Shown in pieces: positions 1 through 8,668 of a stretch of DNA of 42,234 bases. Location of the stretch: sequence record OP495736.1; one strand, written 5' to 3'. Numbering within the stretch: position 1 is the first letter of the stretch; each line of letters starts with the position of its first letter. A program made the translations under genes and the position numbers. Origin of the DNA: Klebsiella phage vB_KmiS-Kmi2C. The notes beneath the pieces are model-generated. The model was not told where the DNA came from. It saw nothing but the letters and a program-made list of their open reading frames with translations, and did not search any database.

Positions 1-77
1 CGCTGGATGGAATAGGCATTGCCCCGGAACGATACGGAATTAGAGAACCGCTGTTACTTGAATTTAAAACTAACGGC
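1..77. repeat. Terminal direct repeat. It is identical to 42158..42234, consistent with an assembly overlap from a circular or circularly permuted genome.
   Basis: Exact 77-nt match between the window start and the window end. The reading frame of the ORF leaving the 3' end is continuous with frame 3 at the 5' end. Confidence 0.9.
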
Positions 78-533
78 ACTGGTTCAGGATATAGCAAATT
101 AATTAATGGCGGAATTCAGCTAGGGAAACCCGTTCATTTTTCCCAAATGTCAACGTATGGCACTAACCCGGCCTACGGATTTAAACACGGATTGTATTTA
201 AACACAAATAAAAATGATGACGATATTCATGTTGAAATTGTCGCATTAAGTGAAGATTTAGGCAAACAAAACATAGTTAAAGCTGAAAAGATTATATTGT
301 CAGAAACTCCACCGCCGAGACTTTCAGACAATCCGACTTTTCACAAATGCCAGTATTGCGCGGCTAAAGACGTTTGCCATACCGGGGCATTAGTTAATCG
401 TAATTGTCGTAGTTGCAAGTTTGCTAAACCTGTAGAAAATGCGGAATTCTTTTGCACTATTCATAATGGTATTATTCCGCGTGATTTTGTAATAACAACT
501 TGTGATAGTTATTCGAGCATTAACGATGATTAA
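3..533 (+). CDS. Cas4/RecB-like exonuclease, C-terminal part. It carries a QhxxY motif and a C-terminal Cys cluster of the Fe-S type.
   Basis: Frame 3 is open from nt 3 and is the same frame as ORF 147..533. Motifs seen: QMSTYG, then CQYCAAKDVCH...CRSCKF, a four-Cys cluster typical of Cas4-like nucleases. Confidence 0.65.
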   Translation: MDGIGIAPERYGIREPLLLEFKTNGTGSGYSKLINGGIQLGKPVHFSQMSTYGTNPAYGFKHGLYLNTNKNDDDIHVEIVALSEDLGKQNIVKAEKIILSETPPPRLSDNPTFHKCQYCAAKDVCHTGALVNRNCRSCKFAKPVENAEFFCTIHNGIIPRDFVITTCDSYSSINDD

Positions 534-2172
534 ACTACGTTATTATCAGGAAGATGCGATTAATGCTATTTTTAAATATTTCGGTTCGAATAAAGGAAAT
601 CCGATTTTAGCGCTTCCTACAGGAACCGGAAAAAGCATAGTTATCGCCGAATTTATTCGGCGAGTTTTGCAAACGTGGCCCGGTCAAAGAATTATTATGC
701 TTACCCACGTTAAAGAGCTAATCGCACAAAACGCCGCTAAACTGCAATCCGTTTGGCCTAATGCGCCGATGGGAATTTATAGCGCTGGCCTGAACGGTCG
801 AGATATGATGATGCCTATAGTTTTTGGCGGTGTTCAATCAGTATCTAAAGCAATTGAAAGGGAGTTAAAAGAACCAAACAATTATATTCCAGACCATAGA
901 AAACATTTCGGTCATAGAGATTTAATTATTATTGACGAATGCCATTTAGTTAGCGATTCTGAAAATACGCAATATCAATACATAATTAGCGAACTTAAAA
1001 AGATTAACCCTTACATAAAAGTAATTGGGCTAAGCGCTACGCCTTATCGATTAAAACACGGTATGCTAACCGAAGGCGATAGTATTTTTACCGATATTCC
1101 TTACGACATTACAGGGGTAGAATCTTTTAACAGGCTAATCGCCGAAGGATATTTATCGCCACTTTTCCCAAGACCGACTAACGCCGTTATAAATACAAAT
1201 GGCGTTGGCATGACTGGCGGTGATTTTAACAATAAACAAATGAGCGCTGAAGTCGATAAAGTAATTTATCAGGCTGTAAGTGAAATGGTTCAATTGGGAC
1301 AAGACCTTAAAGCGTGGTTAGTGTTTTCGCAAGGCGTAGAAAATGCCGAAAAGATTGCTTCTCTTTTAAATAGTTTTGGCGTAGACGCTTGCGCTACTCA
1401 TTCCAAATTAGGGGCTAAACAAAATGACGAAATAATAGCCGCGTACAAACACGGCGAATTAAGAGCATTGGTTAATGCAAACAAATTAACAACAGGCTTT
1501 GACCATCCACCAACCGATTTAATCGGAGTTCTACGCGCTACCATGTCGCCGGGGCTATGGGTTCAAATGCTAGGACGTGGAACAAGGCCAAGTCCCGAAA
1601 CTGGTAAAACGCATTGCTTAGTTTTGGATTTTGCCGGAAATACCAAACGACTCGGCCCGATTAATGATCCGGTTAAACCACGTAGACCGGGTAAAGGCGA
1701 ACCGGGCGACGCTATCGTTAAACTTTGCAAAGTATGCAACACGTATAACCACGGTTCAGCTAGATTTTGCGTTTGTTGTGGAAATGAATTCACATTTGAA
1801 AATAAGATATTTAAAACCGCATCGACCGAACAACTAATAGCTAGCGATTTGCCAGTAGTCGAATCTTTCAAAGTCGATAAAGTTTTATATAATTTACATG
1901 AAAAGAGAAGTAAAAGCGGGGCGCTTATGTCGCCGCCTTCTATGCGAGTAACTTATTTTTGTGGGTTAAGACGATTTGATGAATGGGTATGTTTTGAACA
2001 TAAAGGCTTCCCGCTTCATAAAGCCCACGAATGGTGGAAACAACGACACATTAGCGAACCGCCTATTTTTACATGGCAAGCTTTGCAAGTTGTTTCTGAA
2101 TTAAGAGCGCCTGAAACTATTAAAGTTTGGGTAAATAAAGACAATCCCGAAGTTATGTCGGCGGAGTGGTAA
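526..2172 (+). CDS. SF2 DEAD/DEAH-box DNA helicase with a C-terminal Cys4 zinc ribbon
   Basis: Walker A LPTGTGKS and DEAH-type box IIIDECH are present. Zinc-ribbon motif CKVCN...CVCCGNEF. The likely start is ATG 526 (MIKLRYYQ), where ATGATTAA overlaps the nuclease stop codon. Confidence 0.85.
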   Translation: MIKLRYYQEDAINAIFKYFGSNKGNPILALPTGTGKSIVIAEFIRRVLQTWPGQRIIMLTHVKELIAQNAAKLQSVWPNAPMGIYSAGLNGRDMMMPIVFGGVQSVSKAIERELKEPNNYIPDHRKHFGHRDLIIIDECHLVSDSENTQYQYIISELKKINPYIKVIGLSATPYRLKHGMLTEGDSIFTDIPYDITGVESFNRLIAEGYLSPLFPRPTNAVINTNGVGMTGGDFNNKQMSAEVDKVIYQAVSEMVQLGQDLKAWLVFSQGVENAEKIASLLNSFGVDACATHSKLGAKQNDEIIAAYKHGELRALVNANKLTTGFDHPPTDLIGVLRATMSPGLWVQMLGRGTRPSPETGKTHCLVLDFAGNTKRLGPINDPVKPRRPGKGEPGDAIVKLCKVCNTYNHGSARFCVCCGNEFTFENKIFKTASTEQLIASDLPVVESFKVDKVLYNLHEKRSKSGALMSPPSMRVTYFCGLRRFDEWVCFEHKGFPLHKAHEWWKQRHISEPPIFTWQALQVVSELRAPETIKVWVNKDNPEVMSAEW

Positions 2173-2174
2173 AA

Positions 2175-3296
2175 ATGAACGAATACGAAATCGATAATAA
2201 AGGTATTGATGATTTATTTGATGACGCGCCCAAGAAAAAAGGCCGCACTAAAAAAATCGTTGCCGTTAATCCCGCACAATCATTTTTAGATGCGGTTACA
2301 TTTGTTTCTAACGCTCAAAAGAAAACAGGTGAGCCAAATCATACCCATTGCGCTATTTCTGGCGGTTATGTTTGTGCCTCAAATGGCGAATTAACTATTG
2401 CCGCTAAAGTAGATGAAAATCTAACTATTGCCCCAAATACGTTTAAGTTAATTGCAGCACTTAAACAAGTTGTTAATGATGTTGCCATAACTAAATTATC
2501 AGAAACTAGTTTAGCTATCACTTCTGGTGATTTTAAAGCCGTTATACCTTGCTATGAAACTTCAGAAATATTTGGTATGTCCCCGCCAGATGAACCGCGA
2601 GCAACAGTTACTAATGATATTGTCGCATCCCTTAATGATGTTATGGTATTGGCTAACGATACAGCTTCCGAACCTTTATATGCTGGAATTCTAATTCAGA
2701 AAAATACTATAGTAGCTACAAATGGCGCTATAATTTTTGAGTCGTGGCATGGTATTGATTTACCTCCGGGAATGTTAATACCAAAATCAGCCGCTAAAGC
2801 TGTAGTTAAATCTAAAAAGAATTTAACTAAATTGGGTTTTTCCGAATCATCTTTAACATTTTGGTTTGATGACGATTCATTTATTAAAACTCAATTGTAT
2901 AAATTTAATTACCCACAATATGAGCAAGTTTTAACGACAACTAAAGAATATGAAGAAATTCCAGATATGTTTTTTAATGCGCTTAAAACTATTGCCCCTT
3001 TTGTGGAAGGAAACAAAGTAGTTTTTAAAAATGGTATGATTGTTACAGACTATCGAGAAGAAAACGCATCAACTTACAAAATTGATTCGCTTCCTGAAGG
3101 TGTGACTTTTAACCATAAATTTTTAATGCTACTTAAACCAGTTGCAACTAATTTTACTTTTGACGAAAATCCCGCTAAACTATACTTTTACGGCCCTAGA
3201 ACTAGGGGCGCAATTATGGGTATGAGTAACGGCGAGTTAACAAAGCATAAAGCCGAATCTCAAAACATAGAAATCGATGATGATATCCCATTTTAA
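2175..3296 (+). CDS. DNA polymerase sliding clamp, DnaN/beta-clamp-like. It has an N-terminal charged extension and a C-terminal SSB-type acidic tip DDDIPF.
   Basis: RBS ggag sits 8 nt before ATG 2175. The length, 373 aa, is close to beta clamp length (366 aa). Beta-clamp-like motifs: VATNGAI (cf. VATDGHRLA) and FNYPQYEQVL (cf. FPDYRRVLP). The last residues are EIDDDIPF. Confidence 0.55.
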   Translation: MNEYEIDNKGIDDLFDDAPKKKGRTKKIVAVNPAQSFLDAVTFVSNAQKKTGEPNHTHCAISGGYVCASNGELTIAAKVDENLTIAPNTFKLIAALKQVVNDVAITKLSETSLAITSGDFKAVIPCYETSEIFGMSPPDEPRATVTNDIVASLNDVMVLANDTASEPLYAGILIQKNTIVATNGAIIFESWHGIDLPPGMLIPKSAAKAVVKSKKNLTKLGFSESSLTFWFDDDSFIKTQLYKFNYPQYEQVLTTTKEYEEIPDMFFNALKTIAPFVEGNKVVFKNGMIVTDYREENASTYKIDSLPEGVTFNHKFLMLLKPVATNFTFDENPAKLYFYGPRTRGAIMGMSNGELTKHKAESQNIEIDDDIPF

Positions 3297-3309
3297 AAAG
3301 GTTTAGAAT

Positions 3310-5271
3310 ATGCTTGACAAAGACGGATTTATAGCCATAGGTAAGCAACAACCAACCGAACTAGCTAAACTGGTTAGACGCGAAGCAAAGCCTATTGTTC
3401 GTTTTTCAGACGAAGAACTAATGTCGCTTACTCCGGGAAGCGTTTTAGTTTTTGATATAGAGTGCTATATGAATTTTTTCTATATAGCGTTTAAATGCCC
3501 GTTATCTGGAAAAGTAGTCGATTTCGAATTGTCGGCGCGTTCACAAATTAACGTTATGAAACTACAGTTTATATTGTGGCGCTTCCTTATTGTGGGCTTT
3601 AACTCTAATGCTTACGATATGATGATGATTAGATTATGTTTAGAAGGTTTGCAACCTGTAGAATTAAAAGGATGGTCTAACCAAATAATTAATAGTGACA
3701 TGCGCGATTGGCAAACCGAACAACTTATAAATAAAGAATTCGGTAAAAAGCCATTTAACATAAACCACATCGATTTAATTGAGGTTTGCCCATTACAAGC
3801 TTCGCTAAAACTTTATGGCGGTCGATTGCATTCTACACGTATGCAAGATTTACCGTTTGATCATATGTCCGAATTAGAAGACAATGAGAAAGACGAAGTT
3901 ATTTATTATTGTGCTAACGATTTAGACGTAACTATTTTACTATTTGTAAATCTTAAAGACCAATTAGAGTTACGTTGTAGTTTATCGGAAGAACACGGCA
4001 TAGACTTACGTTCTAAATCTGACGCGCAAATCGCTGAAGCCGTAATTAAAAAAGAAGTAGAACGAATTACAGGATTTGCACCGCAAAAACCAAAGATAGA
4101 ATACGGCAAGAAATTTAAATTTATACCGCCTGACCATTTGCATTTTCAAACTGATTATATGAAGGAAAAATTTAATCAAATTTTAAATATGGAATTTGAA
4201 ATAAATGATAAAGGTACTGTAGTTTTAGAAGATTTAAGCGGATTTGACATTACTATAGGTAAGACTGTTTATCGAATGGGAAAAGGCGGTTTGCACAGTA
4301 AAGAAAAAATAGCATCGTATCGAGCTAATGAAAATATGCGTATTGTAGACCGTGATGTAGAATCATATTACCCACGAATGATTTTAAACTCCGGTTTATA
4401 TCCAGAAACTATGGGGCGCGTATTTTTAGATGTATTTGAAGTTATTGTAGACCGTCGATTAGCCGCTAAACATTCTGGCGACAAAAAAACTGCCGATAGT
4501 TTAAAAATCACCATTAACGGAACGTTTGGAAAACTAGGTTCTAAATATTCCGCAATGTATGCGCCTAATCTGTTAATTCAGGTAACTGTAGGCGGTCAGC
4601 TAAACCTTTTAATGCTTATCGAAATGTTAGAACTATACGGAATAACCGTAGTTAGTGCTAACACTGACGGTATTGTTAGCTTAGTTGAAAAGCATCAAGA
4701 AGAAGCTTTCTTAAATATAATTACAGGATGGGAACATTTAACTAAACTTAAAACAGAAGAAACCGAATATAAGGCGTTATTTAGTCGCGATGTTAACAAT
4801 TATATCGCAGTAAAACATGATAATTCGTGCAAGCTAAAAGGGACGTATTCTAACCCGTGGGCAGATGAGAAAATGGCAATTTTCCGTTTTCATAAAAACC
4901 CCGTTCACACAATTTGTATTGAGGCTGTAACCAAATTAATAACCGAAAATATACCGATTGAAAACACGATAGTAAATTGCAAAGATATAACTAAATTTAT
5001 TATTGTGCGTAACGTTAAGGGCGGCGGCGAAAAAAACGGTATTTATTTAGGTAAGGCTGTAAGGTGGTACTATGGCGCTGGTGAACGTGGCGCAATAAAC
5101 TATGTGGCAAGCGGTAATAAAGTGGCAACTAGCGAAGGCGCTATTCCTCTAATGGATTTGCCAAATGAATTACCTAAAGATTTAGATTACGAAAGATATA
5201 TTAATATAGCTAGTGAAATGCTATATGATATTGGATATTATAGACGCCCTGAGCAAATTATGTTTTTCTAA
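3310..5271 (+). CDS. Family B DNA polymerase, compact at 653 aa, with an N-terminal 3'-5' exonuclease domain
   Basis: Exo I FDIE. Motif A DVESYYPR (DxxSLYPS-like). Motif B KITINGTFG (KxxxNSxYG-like). Motif C ANTDG (DTDS-like). RBS aaagg before ATG 3310. The C terminus is ...EQIMFF. Confidence 0.85.
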   Translation: MLDKDGFIAIGKQQPTELAKLVRREAKPIVRFSDEELMSLTPGSVLVFDIECYMNFFYIAFKCPLSGKVVDFELSARSQINVMKLQFILWRFLIVGFNSNAYDMMMIRLCLEGLQPVELKGWSNQIINSDMRDWQTEQLINKEFGKKPFNINHIDLIEVCPLQASLKLYGGRLHSTRMQDLPFDHMSELEDNEKDEVIYYCANDLDVTILLFVNLKDQLELRCSLSEEHGIDLRSKSDAQIAEAVIKKEVERITGFAPQKPKIEYGKKFKFIPPDHLHFQTDYMKEKFNQILNMEFEINDKGTVVLEDLSGFDITIGKTVYRMGKGGLHSKEKIASYRANENMRIVDRDVESYYPRMILNSGLYPETMGRVFLDVFEVIVDRRLAAKHSGDKKTADSLKITINGTFGKLGSKYSAMYAPNLLIQVTVGGQLNLLMLIEMLELYGITVVSANTDGIVSLVEKHQEEAFLNIITGWEHLTKLKTEETEYKALFSRDVNNYIAVKHDNSCKLKGTYSNPWADEKMAIFRFHKNPVHTICIEAVTKLITENIPIENTIVNCKDITKFIIVRNVKGGGEKNGIYLGKAVRWYYGAGERGAINYVASGNKVATSEGAIPLMDLPNELPKDLDYERYINIASEMLYDIGYYRRPEQIMFF

Positions 5272-5276
5272 AAATT

Positions 5277-5305
5277 GGCCCGGAATTAACCGGGCCTTTT
5301 ATTTT
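5277..5305. terminator. Bidirectional rho-independent terminator between the convergent arms
   Basis: GGCCCGG aattaa CCGGGCC hairpin with an A-run on the 5' side and TTTTATTTT on the 3' side. It lies between the PolB stop (5271) and the stop of the minus-strand gene (5304). Confidence 0.8.
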
Positions 5306-6707
5306 AAAGAGCGTTGTAATAAGCTTCCGCTTGAACTTCCGATAGTTCTTCCGCCCAATAAACAATTTTCTTAATGTGGCCTGTAAACCAGTTAGTCGAA
5401 CCTAAATAACCGCGACCAACACAAAGCCTATTAAGCGAAACTGGCATAGTAGCCGGGTTAGCATATGCCCACACCTGACCATCATAAACTTTCATTGTTT
5501 TAGATGCCGTGTTAAATAAACAAATAGCGGATTGTTCCGAATCGCTAACCGGGGCTAATGACGGGATATTAACAGAAACGTTAGTGCCGCCTACGGCATT
5601 TAATTCACCAAATGCGGCTTGCCCGTACATATTATCGCGAGTTCTATAAGCTAAACGATAATGCGCTCCCTCTTCGGTGTTATCTAAAACAAAAACACAA
5701 GCCAATGACTGATAAGCCGTAGACAATAATTTTAAAGAAAACGGATGTTTCATTAATGCGAAACACGTTCCTTTAGTCGGGTCGATTAGCGTGTAACCCG
5801 TTGGCGTTGTCATTAAGTCAGCTTGTCGTGTAACTTCACCGCCTGACGTTGGGATGTAAGAAGTATACCCGGCAGCACGTTCAGCCTGAGACGCCCAAAT
5901 ATAGACCGAACCCGGAGACGTTGACGGATAAGAAGGCGTAACATCAGACGCGCTATTATTATTAATTAACGCGATAGTAAATTGAGGGTCTTCCGCAACA
6001 GTAGGATTAATAGTAATCGAGCACCTAAACCAACCGTTAGGGAATTTTTCAATATTTGCTTGCAACAGATTTGCAGTGCTTAATGTAACTTTGCCCGAAG
6101 ATAAATCGAAGTTTGCATATTGTGGGCTAGACACACCAGCTAACGCCGCTAACTGAACTTTTGTAGCGGTATTTGCTTTAATAAACGTGCTGAACGTATA
6201 CGGTTCACCAACTACAGCCGCCATAGAAACCGAAGTAGCTAATTTACGTTGTGACGGGGTGGTTGTGTCAGAAGTCGATTCAATTATTTTGGTGGCGGTC
6301 TTATTTCCGTTAGGGGCAATGGCATCATTAGCCGTTAACGTTAATCCTGTTTGCCCCCAATTAGCCGCCGAATAGTTTTCGCTATTTACAATTCGGTTTG
6401 TAGCATTATATTCAGCGCGAAAACCTAAACATTCTAAGCTGTTTTGGTCATATTCAATAACAACTTCATTAGCCGCCGCGTATTTTATTAGCCCATCATT
6501 ACCAACATAAGTAGCAATAGATGCTCTTTGAAATGACATTACATCCGCTGCCGAATTGCCGCGTAAAACTGAACCCGCTGCCGTTTTTCTGACAAACTGG
6601 CTATTTTCAAAATCTAAAAACATAATCGCGTTAACTGGTAACGGCGCGTCAGAAGAAACTAAAGAATTTCCAATGTATTTACCGTTTGATTTTAATTCAA
6701 GTGACAT
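5304..6707 (-). CDS. Tail fiber / second receptor-binding protein (structural, distal tail)
   Basis: 467-aa ORF, the last of the tail operon, immediately after the tailspike. Composition rich in Ser/Thr/Asn/Gly. No enzymatic motif recognised. Confidence 0.4.
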   Translation of the reverse strand: MSLELKSNGKYIGNSLVSSDAPLPVNAIMFLDFENSQFVRKTAAGSVLRGNSAADVMSFQRASIATYVGNDGLIKYAAANEVVIEYDQNSLECLGFRAEYNATNRIVNSENYSAANWGQTGLTLTANDAIAPNGNKTATKIIESTSDTTTPSQRKLATSVSMAAVVGEPYTFSTFIKANTATKVQLAALAGVSSPQYANFDLSSGKVTLSTANLLQANIEKFPNGWFRCSITINPTVAEDPQFTIALINNNSASDVTPSYPSTSPGSVYIWASQAERAAGYTSYIPTSGGEVTRQADLMTTPTGYTLIDPTKGTCFALMKHPFSLKLLSTAYQSLACVFVLDNTEEGAHYRLAYRTRDNMYGQAAFGELNAVGGTNVSVNIPSLAPVSDSEQSAICLFNTASKTMKVYDGQVWAYANPATMPVSLNRLCVGRGYLGSTNWFTGHIKKIVYWAEELSEVQAEAYYNAL

Positions 6708-6709
6708 AA

Positions 6710-8665
6710 TTATTCTCCGATTGCGCCGTCGTTATTTCGTTTAAATACGTTGGTTTGAGTGCCTGTTAAGTTTATGCTATTGTTAATATTTCCAACGCAA
6801 TGATTATCTGTAATTTTAACATCGGTTAAATTTCCAGAAATATTAACAGGATAATTTTGTGTTTTGGTAGTTTGCAAATCGCGAATTGCGTTATTTACAA
6901 TAGAAGAACCTGTAAACGGAACATCGATTTTAATAGCGTCTCCTGTTTCACTTTTTCCGTTTTCGTAAATTCTATTGTCTTTTATATCCATATTTTCTAC
7001 ATTACCTTTTTCTAAATAAATTCCATGTCGCCCATTATGATAAATTTCATTATCGTAAATGGTATTGTTTACATTTTTAACAGTGGAAACAGAATAATTA
7101 AAATTAATTCCGTCTTTAGCATTATCATAAATATGATTATTACTAAAAACATATTGCCCGGTTAATGGGTCAGTTTTATCACAAATCGAAGAAACACCAT
7201 TTTCGGTATTACCTCGGATAATGTTACCTTCCATTCTACCGCGACGCCCCGGTTTACCATCGTGATTAGTACCCGGATACATTAAAAATCCATGTACGTT
7301 ATTACGAAGACTATTATTTTTTACTAACAGACCTTCAATCCCACAATCTGCGATACCCGCGTAATTGTTAAGACATACGTTTTCAGCGCAAATAGCATCT
7401 TGTGCATTACCTGAACCCTGAGGTTCGAAAAATATACCGTAATTTTTATTATTAGTGCAAAGGTTTTGAGAAACAAAAATAGGTTCGCTATCCCATGCGC
7501 CAGTACCTAACCCTATACCCGATGCACCTAAAGAACCTACAGCCGCCAATCTTCCGCAATTGTCTACTTTGTTTCGTGTTACATAAACATTAATAGGCAT
7601 ATCCGTACCGATCCCGGTAGCACCAATATTTAAAATTTCCATACTATCAATTACAGTATTAGAATAAAATTGCAAAAATATACCTTTTATCCCAGGAACA
7701 TAACCGGAATTAGGGTCTAACGTCTGGTTTTCACCGTCAATCGTAAATTCAGAAAATAAAAGATTATCGATGTAATTAGTTTTACTTCCGCGAAATTCGA
7801 AAGCTGATGTATATCTAAATGGTAATAGTTTAGTTAAACCTTTGCCAGCGCCAATAAAGCCTACATTAGACATCATTATTAAACGTCTTGACAAGCGGTA
7901 AGAACCTTTAGGGATATATATTATACCACCGCCGATAGAGTTAACAAAAACAATCAGTCGTTGTAAAACGTAATAACAATCTTCTGAACCGTTTTGTTTT
8001 AATCCATAATCGCGAGCGTCGAACACTCGGCGAGTGTCAATTAAATTTTTTAATCGTTTGTTAATATTTTTAAAATTATTTTGAACGCTTCCGGTTAAAT
8101 TAGGAAGATGCAACCCGCCAAAATCATCAATTTTTTCGTATACAGCTTTGTTAGCGCCAACGATATTTAAAATATGTGGGGATTTATTTTCAGAAAGCGG
8201 TTTTATTTTTTTGTTTAAACTTTCGATATTATCAGGTGTAAAAATAGCGCCTTTATCATCTACAACTTGACTAACTACCAGTTGCGAATCATAAGTAATT
8301 TGTAGATTTAAATTATCGCTTTTACCTATTAAGCTTGCAATAGCCCCGGAAGCTAGAGTAGCTACAATTTCGGCAGTTCCGTTATTGTTAAGATAATAAA
8401 TAAATGCTAAGTCGCTATCTTCCCCTTGTGGCACCCTAAAATACTGACCATTGGTTGTATTAGCCAGCCCCTGAGAAACGGAAGGGTAAGTAGCTTCGGC
8501 AAATGAAACGTTATTTACCAAATCAACTAAAAATTTAGAAATAGAAGGGTAAGTAGCGCCAGTTCTGGTAACTACAGTTACAGTATTGTCACCATTGATA
8601 AACAATTGCCAAGAATTAGCGTCTAACGATGCGTTTTCTAATTGCGTTTTTGTAATAACAGTCAT
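6710..8665 (-). CDS. Tailspike with a right-handed parallel beta-helix (pectate-lyase-like) domain; putative polysaccharide depolymerase
   Basis: Repetitive beta-helix rungs: NNVHGF, IYDNEIYHNGRHGIYLE, NNHIYDNAKDGINFN, NNTIYDN. There is an N-terminal particle-binding domain. Confidence 0.7.
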   Translation of the reverse strand: MTVITKTQLENASLDANSWQLFINGDNTVTVVTRTGATYPSISKFLVDLVNNVSFAEATYPSVSQGLANTTNGQYFRVPQGEDSDLAFIYYLNNNGTAEIVATLASGAIASLIGKSDNLNLQITYDSQLVVSQVVDDKGAIFTPDNIESLNKKIKPLSENKSPHILNIVGANKAVYEKIDDFGGLHLPNLTGSVQNNFKNINKRLKNLIDTRRVFDARDYGLKQNGSEDCYYVLQRLIVFVNSIGGGIIYIPKGSYRLSRRLIMMSNVGFIGAGKGLTKLLPFRYTSAFEFRGSKTNYIDNLLFSEFTIDGENQTLDPNSGYVPGIKGIFLQFYSNTVIDSMEILNIGATGIGTDMPINVYVTRNKVDNCGRLAAVGSLGASGIGLGTGAWDSEPIFVSQNLCTNNKNYGIFFEPQGSGNAQDAICAENVCLNNYAGIADCGIEGLLVKNNSLRNNVHGFLMYPGTNHDGKPGRRGRMEGNIIRGNTENGVSSICDKTDPLTGQYVFSNNHIYDNAKDGINFNYSVSTVKNVNNTIYDNEIYHNGRHGIYLEKGNVENMDIKDNRIYENGKSETGDAIKIDVPFTGSSIVNNAIRDLQTTKTQNYPVNISGNLTDVKITDNHCVGNINNSINLTGTQTNVFKRNNDGAIGE

Positions 8666-8668
8666 ATT

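Noticed and set aside
1563-1871. Small ORFs on both strands inside the helicase gene
   Set aside because: They are internal to a conserved helicase reading frame and have no start context.
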